The translations under genes were made by a program, and so were the position numbers. A stretch of 64,000 nucleotides of DNA from the NCBI GenBank assembly GCA_944372505.1, contig CALVZK010000001.1, positions 385,185 through 449,184 of the forward strand, in the 5' to 3' direction. The first letter of the stretch is position 1; each line of letters begins with the position of its first letter. The DNA is from an uncultured Clostridia bacterium (lineage in GTDB: Bacteria; Bacillota; Clostridia; Christensenellales; UBA1242). Shown here piece by piece: positions 59,001 to 64,000 of this stretch. Below the pieces are notes generated by a model. That model did no database searches and had not been told where the DNA came from. It saw only the letters and a program-made list of their open reading frames with translations.

Positions 59001-59029
59001 ATTATATAACTATTTAATGCCACTTTCAA
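59001..59029 (-). promoter_or_regulatory. Consensus sigma-A promoter TTGAAA-N17-TATAAT
   Basis: The reverse complement of 58991-59040 reads gatgttatataTTGAAAgtggcattaaatagttaTATAATaacaattgag. Confidence 0.7.
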
Positions 59030-59053
59030 TATATAACATCGCCATTTTTTAAT

Positions 59054-59083
59054 AAAAAAAGCCTCGAAATTCTGGCTTTTTTT
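59054..59083 (-). terminator. Terminator after ypeB
   Basis: aaaaaaagcc-(10 nt)-ggcttttttt; symmetric, so possibly bidirectional. Confidence 0.6.
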
Positions 59084-59261
59084 ACTTTGTATTTTTTAGT
59101 TTTTGAAATATTTATTTACAATAAGATGAAATGTTAAAATTTCTCATATTTTATCACAAGTGCTACTTTTATTCTAAGTTGAAATATTATTTCATAAATT
59201 ATTTATTTTTATTAGGATCAACAATAAAATCTTAATTAACTAATTCTTTTAAATACATTGG

Positions 59262-60689
59262 TTACATCAACAGACTACCGTCATCAGTTTGAATAACTTT
59301 TAAAACATTTTCCAAAATTCCATTATTGACGTTATAATAAAAATAATAAGTACTTCCCTCTCCTGTTGCTTCGACTTCGACACATACAACTTCTCTATTA
59401 TAATCTAGAGGAGAAAGTACATATCTGGCATTTACTATTGCAAATTTTGAAGGAACTTGTGCTTTTGCTTTTTCAAGTGATAAACTTCCTTTAGATAAAG
59501 TCCTATTGGTATGATTAGTAAAATATGAAGTTGCATCATAGCCTACTACCGTACCACTAACTAAATTCACTTTTACTTTAACTAAATCTGGATATAAAAT
59601 AATACCATTTTGTTTAGGAGCTATGTTTAAATATACATCTTCTTTAATAGTATCATTCCATACTACTTCCCCATCTTCCACGCCATTTAGAGAGGCAAAC
59701 TCTAAAGCAATATTTTTAGCATTTTCATAATCTATGCTCTCATTTCCTGTTTTCCCTGCACCTGAAATTGTTAAAATATGCCCTTCTGTTTGAGTCATTT
59801 GAACATATAATTCTTCTTCGTTTGAATTTGTGACTCTATAATTATAAGTGCTAAAATTCCCATTGGTTTCGCCTTGATAATCAATTTTTACAGCATTTTT
59901 ATATTGAAGTTCCAGTTTTTCTTGAGCATCTTCTTTTGTTATCTTTTCACCGCTTAAGCCTTTTATCTCGCTATTGACTACAGAGTCCGAAAAAGGTCCG
60001 TCATAAATCATTGTAGGATATTCAACATTGTTATTTTTTAATGAAGATATAGCTCTAGAAAAACTATTTGAATCGGCATCTAACCTAAGAGACGCATCTA
60101 AAATTGAATAGCCTCTTTCCATTTTTCTTGCAAATTCATTTAATTGGTTTTGTAAATCAACAACACTTTGATGAACCTTTATCAAAGTAGATATCTCATC
60201 ATCACTTAATTTCCCCCCGTTCGCCAAATTGTCTGCAAGTGTGGTTGTGTAACCAGAAATTTGATTTACCATTCTAACAGTATCTTGAATGTCATTTTGG
60301 CTTAATGGTAATGAAGCAATAGAAATTTCTGCTTCGCTAGCATTTTGTGATGCTTCTAAAAGTGTTTTTCTTTGATAAGTAGTTCCTGTAGCGGAAATTG
60401 TTTTTGATAATTTGTTCTCCAAATTATTAACACTATCAATAAGGCTATAAAAATTGCTTTGATAAACATTTTCAAGTTTAGTATGATATTCCATAGCTTT
60501 GCTATCTGCTATTCCAAAACCAATGCCAAGAGCAGTAGTAGACAGCGCAAGAATACCAGTAGTGATTGCAAGTCCAGTTATAATTTTATTCTTTTTCTTA
60601 ATTTTTTTATCTTTTGGTGAAATATCTTCGTTATTAGATGATAATGAAGAAGTTTTTGTATCTAAAATATCATTATTTATTTTTTTCAT
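59262..60689 (-). CDS. ypeB: Germination protein YpeB
   Basis: N-terminal TM and a long ectodomain with PepSY-like C-terminal repeats, directly downstream of sleB. The start is at MKKIN, behind an AAGGAGG RBS. Confidence 0.8.
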   Translation of the reverse strand: MKKINNDILDTKTSSLSSNNEDISPKDKKIKKKNKIITGLAITTGILALSTTALGIGFGIADSKAMEYHTKLENVYQSNFYSLIDSVNNLENKLSKTISATGTTYQRKTLLEASQNASEAEISIASLPLSQNDIQDTVRMVNQISGYTTTLADNLANGGKLSDDEISTLIKVHQSVVDLQNQLNEFARKMERGYSILDASLRLDADSNSFSRAISSLKNNNVEYPTMIYDGPFSDSVVNSEIKGLSGEKITKEDAQEKLELQYKNAVKIDYQGETNGNFSTYNYRVTNSNEEELYVQMTQTEGHILTISGAGKTGNESIDYENAKNIALEFASLNGVEDGEVVWNDTIKEDVYLNIAPKQNGIILYPDLVKVKVNLVSGTVVGYDATSYFTNHTNRTLSKGSLSLEKAKAQVPSKFAIVNARYVLSPLDYNREVVCVEVEATGEGSTYYFYYNVNNGILENVLKVIQTDDGSLLM

Positions 60690-60699
60690 TACTACCTCC

Positions 60700-61401
60700 T
60701 TAAACTGCAAATACATGGTTGCCAATGGTTACCGTCGTTTTCCTTGACCAAATCCAAGAACTTGTTGCTGTCGCCGGATTATAATAATAAATCGCACCAT
60801 ATGTAGGATCCCAACCATTTAAAGCATCTTGTGCTGCTTTATATGCAGTACTATCTGGAGTTAAATTTATTTGCCCATCATTTACTGCAGTAAACGCATA
60901 TGGTTGATATATAACTCCCGCAATTGTATTAGGAAAAGAAGCACTTTCAACTCTATTTAATACAACCGCAGCAATGGCAACTTGTCCAACATAAGATTCA
61001 CCTCTTGCTTCAGCGTATACACATCTTGCAAGCAAATTTAAATCGCTCGAAGAAATGCTAGAACTTGATGAAGATGAAGAAGATAAGGTCATACCAAGTG
61101 CAGCAGCAGTTTTAGGACCAACAATGCCATCTACTGTCAAACCATTTTTTCTTTGAAAATATTTAACAGCTGCCGTGGTCAAAGGACCATAAATACCATC
61201 AACGTTACCAGTATAGTATCCCCATCTTTTCAACTTGGTTTGAATTGTTTTATTTTCTGCTGTTGTAGTGGCAGCATCAGCAGAAATTTCATCTTGTTTA
61301 AAAATATCATCATTGTCGTTTTTCATAAAAGTAAATATACCAGCAAAAATAAATGTAATTACAAAAACAAAAGAGACAATGCTTAAAAGTGTTTTCTTCA
61401 T
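60700..61401 (-). CDS. sleB: Spore cortex-lytic enzyme SleB
   Basis: PG-binding repeat (LKRWGYYTGNVDGIYGPLTTAAVKYFQ), poly-Ser linker and Hydrolase_2 core (ARCVYAEARGE...VVLNRV). Confidence 0.88.
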   Translation of the reverse strand: MKKTLLSIVSFVFVITFIFAGIFTFMKNDNDDIFKQDEISADAATTTAENKTIQTKLKRWGYYTGNVDGIYGPLTTAAVKYFQRKNGLTVDGIVGPKTAAALGMTLSSSSSSSSSISSSDLNLLARCVYAEARGESYVGQVAIAAVVLNRVESASFPNTIAGVIYQPYAFTAVNDGQINLTPDSTAYKAAQDALNGWDPTYGAIYYYNPATATSSWIWSRKTTVTIGNHVFAV

Positions 61402-61409
61402 TTTTCCTC

Positions 61410-61931
61410 CTATATTACACTTTTAATTATGTCCCAAATGCGCGAAATATATACAATATTGTCACTATTTTGAGTTTTAGTAAAACAAAATGCAGGAAAA
61501 ACTATGCACCACCAGTTATCACCTGTTCCGCTACCAAGCTCAACAATTAAAGCATCATAATTCCCTTCTTTTAATGTTATTTGTTGATAACTTCTAGTTG
61601 GAAAATATTCATTATCTATTTTAGCTCTAGAAGAATAATTAAATCCCTCTTGCTTTAAAACATTGTCTGCAACCGATGTAATTAAACTAAAATTATTTGA
61701 AATAACACTTTTTGCCTCTTCAAAAGTTTCTACTTCGCTTAAAACTGGGATAAGCGCCTCCACTATCTCATCTTTTACCTTGTATTTAACATTTTGATCT
61801 TCAATAGAATTTGAATTAGCCCTAATATGTATTCTTAAATATTCAACTTCAACATTATTATTTGCCAAAGGGGCAAATATAAAAATTAAAGTGATTGCTA
61901 TAATAGAAGCAACTATAATAAAATATTTCAT
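61410..61931 (-). CDS. spoIIR: Stage II sporulation protein R
   Basis: LRIHIRANSNS and GTGDNWWCIVFPAFCF motifs. Confidence 0.88.
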   Translation of the reverse strand: MKYFIIVASIIAITLIFIFAPLANNNVEVEYLRIHIRANSNSIEDQNVKYKVKDEIVEALIPVLSEVETFEEAKSVISNNFSLITSVADNVLKQEGFNYSSRAKIDNEYFPTRSYQQITLKEGNYDALIVELGSGTGDNWWCIVFPAFCFTKTQNSDNIVYISRIWDIIKSVI

Positions 61932-62012
61932 AAAAACCTCTGCAAGAAAATAATTGACAAAGATTTTTACTTAATACATAAAAAAATAGGCAATTTTTTG
62001 CCTATTTTGTCT

Positions 62013-63527
62013 TTAACTGACTTTTTGATAAAAAAGAATAAGTGTAGTATCTTCATTTAAAGGAAAAACAATATCTGGATTTTGTTCAGTAATTTGACTT
62101 TCTTTTATCTTTGCTTTTTTTGCTATATCCCACAACTGATCACCTTGTTTTGCAAAAATAACTTCCATTGCATAATCTTTTTCTTGATATTCATCTAAAC
62201 AAGTAGCTTCTGAAATAACACCACAAATAATATCACTACAATAATTTATACAAGCTTTTATTTTGGCATCATAGAATAATTCTCTGCCCCTCTTTACTGC
62301 AACATCACTATCATAAATAACGGCAGCGGCAAAAATCTTGCCCGCTTCATTTCCGTCAAATTTGTCGCTAATGCTAAAAGGAACTTCTAACTGAACACTA
62401 TTTATACTATTAGTTTCATCATTAAGATAAACAACAAAAGTTTTAGCAATTCCTTCTACAAAAATTTCTCCATCTTTAACATATTTATTTGTAATGATAG
62501 CATTATTTCCTGCACTAAATAATATTTTGTCAACTCTAGGCTTATCATCTTCTAATGCCATATTACCTTCAATTTTTCCTTCAATTGTATCCATTTTGCA
62601 AACATTTGTCATACTGAATGATTGTGTTATTACATTTATATCACATTTCGTGCTATACAAATCTTGTACAACCTCAACTTTTTCTTCATTGTAGGCACAG
62701 GCTTTAAAATTAATGTTTGAAGATACAACTATTTTAACGCCCCTATCATCTTCGACTATTTCACTGGTCACTTGGTCAGGTCGAACTAATGCTTCAGCCT
62801 CTACAAGGCTGTCTCTAGTTGTTCCTTCAAGTTCAATTTCTTCTTTAAAAGTTTCATAAACATAACCACTTTCGAATTTTTCATCTTCATTTAAATATAA
62901 AACTCGATTTACAACTTCTCCACTTATTGTCACAAAATTTACACCTGCTTCTACAGATTTAACAAATGCTTTACTTTCTGTCAGGAGGATTTTTACTATT
63001 TTATTACGGCTATTTATTTCAGTTTTAACTTCGCTTTTTGAACTAGCACAACCAATAAATTTTATTATGCTAATCTCATCATTTTTACAACAGATATCTT
63101 CGTCATCACTTTTGATTGAATCTGTTTGTCTGCTTTCAATAATAAAGCCAGATTGTTCTACAATAGCAGTTAATTTAATTGTATCACCATTTAAAGAATC
63201 AATATTATAATCAATTATGTTTAAACTGATATTCGCTGTCTGTCCATTGGAAATAATTTCATCTTCAAATTTTGAAGATAAAGGACAGCTAGAACATACC
63301 GTATTTATTTCGCCTTCATCATTCAAAAAGATTATCTTACTATCAATATAGCCGGAATAATTGATAACTCCATTTAATGTTTCATAATTTTCAACACAAC
63401 CTTCCAAACTTACAGATAAAATTTTTGCAACAGAAGAACCTGCTGAAATATTACATTCAACATTAAACTCACTTTTTGCAAGATTTTCCTTTTTCGCAAC
63501 ATTAAAATTATTAGATTCAAATGCCAT
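62013..63527 (-). CDS. SipL/SpoVID-like spore-coat morphogenetic protein (DUF3794/SPOCS repeats with a C-terminal LysM)
   Basis: 504 aa; C-terminal LysM-like segment (AKQGDQLWDIAKKAKIKESQITEQNP); the architecture matches Clostridial SipL as I remember it. Confidence 0.55.
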   Translation of the reverse strand: MAFESNNFNVAKKENLAKSEFNVECNISAGSSVAKILSVSLEGCVENYETLNGVINYSGYIDSKIIFLNDEGEINTVCSSCPLSSKFEDEIISNGQTANISLNIIDYNIDSLNGDTIKLTAIVEQSGFIIESRQTDSIKSDDEDICCKNDEISIIKFIGCASSKSEVKTEINSRNKIVKILLTESKAFVKSVEAGVNFVTISGEVVNRVLYLNEDEKFESGYVYETFKEEIELEGTTRDSLVEAEALVRPDQVTSEIVEDDRGVKIVVSSNINFKACAYNEEKVEVVQDLYSTKCDINVITQSFSMTNVCKMDTIEGKIEGNMALEDDKPRVDKILFSAGNNAIITNKYVKDGEIFVEGIAKTFVVYLNDETNSINSVQLEVPFSISDKFDGNEAGKIFAAAVIYDSDVAVKRGRELFYDAKIKACINYCSDIICGVISEATCLDEYQEKDYAMEVIFAKQGDQLWDIAKKAKIKESQITEQNPDIVFPLNEDTTLILFYQKVS

Positions 63528-63647
63528 ATACCCTCCACATTTTACGAGATATACTTACGCAAATGATGAATAAAATATGACAAAAAAGTTTAAAAAAATA
63601 AAATCATGTCAATAATAGAAATAGATTTTAAATTAGGAGAAATAAAA

Positions 63648-63878
63648 ATGAGAAAAATAAATTGTAATGTAGATGAAATAAAAGAGAAAATATTATCTTT
63701 GAAGGGAAGCGAAGTTGAAATGAATGTTAATCGTGGACGCAAAAAATACGATATTATAAATGGAACAATCAAAGACGTCTACCCGAGTGTTTTTACAGTT
63801 ATCGTAAAAGATAATAATTCTGCAATTCAAACTTTTTCATATTATGATGTACTTTGTGGAAGGGTTACTTTTTTATAA
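63648..63878 (+). CDS. veg: Veg protein
   Basis: The VNRGRKKYDIINGTIKDVYPSVFTV core matches the Veg family. The start was chosen at MRKIN, behind an AGGAGA RBS; the ORF track starts at 63606. Confidence 0.8.
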   Translation: MRKINCNVDEIKEKILSLKGSEVEMNVNRGRKKYDIINGTIKDVYPSVFTVIVKDNNSAIQTFSYYDVLCGRVTFL

Positions 63879-63880
63879 AA

Positions 63881-63902
63881 AATAACGGAAATTTCCGTTA
63901 TT
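63881..63902. terminator. Bidirectional terminator palindrome
   Basis: aataacggaaatttccgttatt is a perfect palindrome between the convergent veg and SHOCT-like genes, flanked by A/T runs. Confidence 0.7.
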
Positions 63903-64000
63903 TTATTTAAATGAATCTTCAATTATTTTTGCTCTTATTTTCTTAAATTCCTCTTCTCCGATTAACCCTTTTTCTTTCATTCTATTCAATTTTTCTAATT
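63903..64000 (-). CDS. C-terminal fragment of a SHOCT-domain protein (truncated by the window edge)
   Basis: Hand translation ...LEKLNRMKEKGLIGEEEFKKIRAKIIEDSFK* fits the SHOCT consensus. Confidence 0.45.
   Translation of the reverse strand, partial: LEKLNRMKEKGLIGEEEFKKIRAKIIEDSFK

Noticed and set aside
1-64000. Alternative genetic code (UGA read as Trp, Mollicutes-like), given the extreme AT content
   Set aside because: Conserved genes are full length under code 11, and TGA is used as a terminator, for example at the end of the 836-aa gene and at ATGA overlaps.

Overview
This is a very AT-rich, standard-code window (TGA is used as a stop) from a spore-forming, Clostridia-like Firmicute. 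I cannot name the organism from sequence alone. Most genes lie on the minus strand and are housekeeping. They include a contiguous S10-spc-alpha ribosomal superoperon (rpsJ to rplQ, about 41.6-57.3 kb, with secY, adk, map, infA and rpoA), plus dnaE-pfkA, whiA, dtd, dnaB, typA, metK, gltX, rsmA and tatD. Sporulation and germination genes are scattered throughout: spmA/spmB, yabP-yabQ plus a mini DivIC-like ORF, sleB-ypeB, spoIIR, a SipL/SpoVID-like LysM protein and veg. Two regions are clearly accessory. (1) A single 9.9-kb gene (13696-23559, minus) encodes a 3287-aa lipoprotein built from many FN3/Ig-like modules, with a C-terminal beta-helix-like domain. (2) A roughly 7.7-kb island lies between tRNA-Pro(CGG) (26029-26104) and tRNA-Arg(UCG) (33843-33917). 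It has no integrase and holds three units. The first is a two-gene operon behind a consensus promoter: an 836-aa protein with one intact and one degenerate metallophosphoesterase domain, translationally coupled to an 85-aa zinc-ribbon protein. The second is a co-directional HAD / LysR / SplB-like radical-SAM (contracted CX2CX2C motif) / unknown 185-aa cluster. The third is a fusion of a nucleoside 2-deoxyribosyltransferase-like domain to a COG4186-type phosphoesterase. This island is my best candidate for an undescribed nucleotide- or DNA-centred system (defence or nucleotide modification), but any function is inference. Other points of interest are a roughly 235-nt, unusually GC-rich structured leader upstream of rpsJ, and an L24 with a zinc ribbon and a roughly 118-aa Lys/Thr/Ala-rich tail. 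There are also small unannotated ORFs: rpmJ, the DivIC-like ORF, and a promoter-driven 56-aa ORF. No CRISPR array, transposase, integrase or rRNA was seen. All family assignments come from motif recognition by eye; no searches or folding calculations were run.
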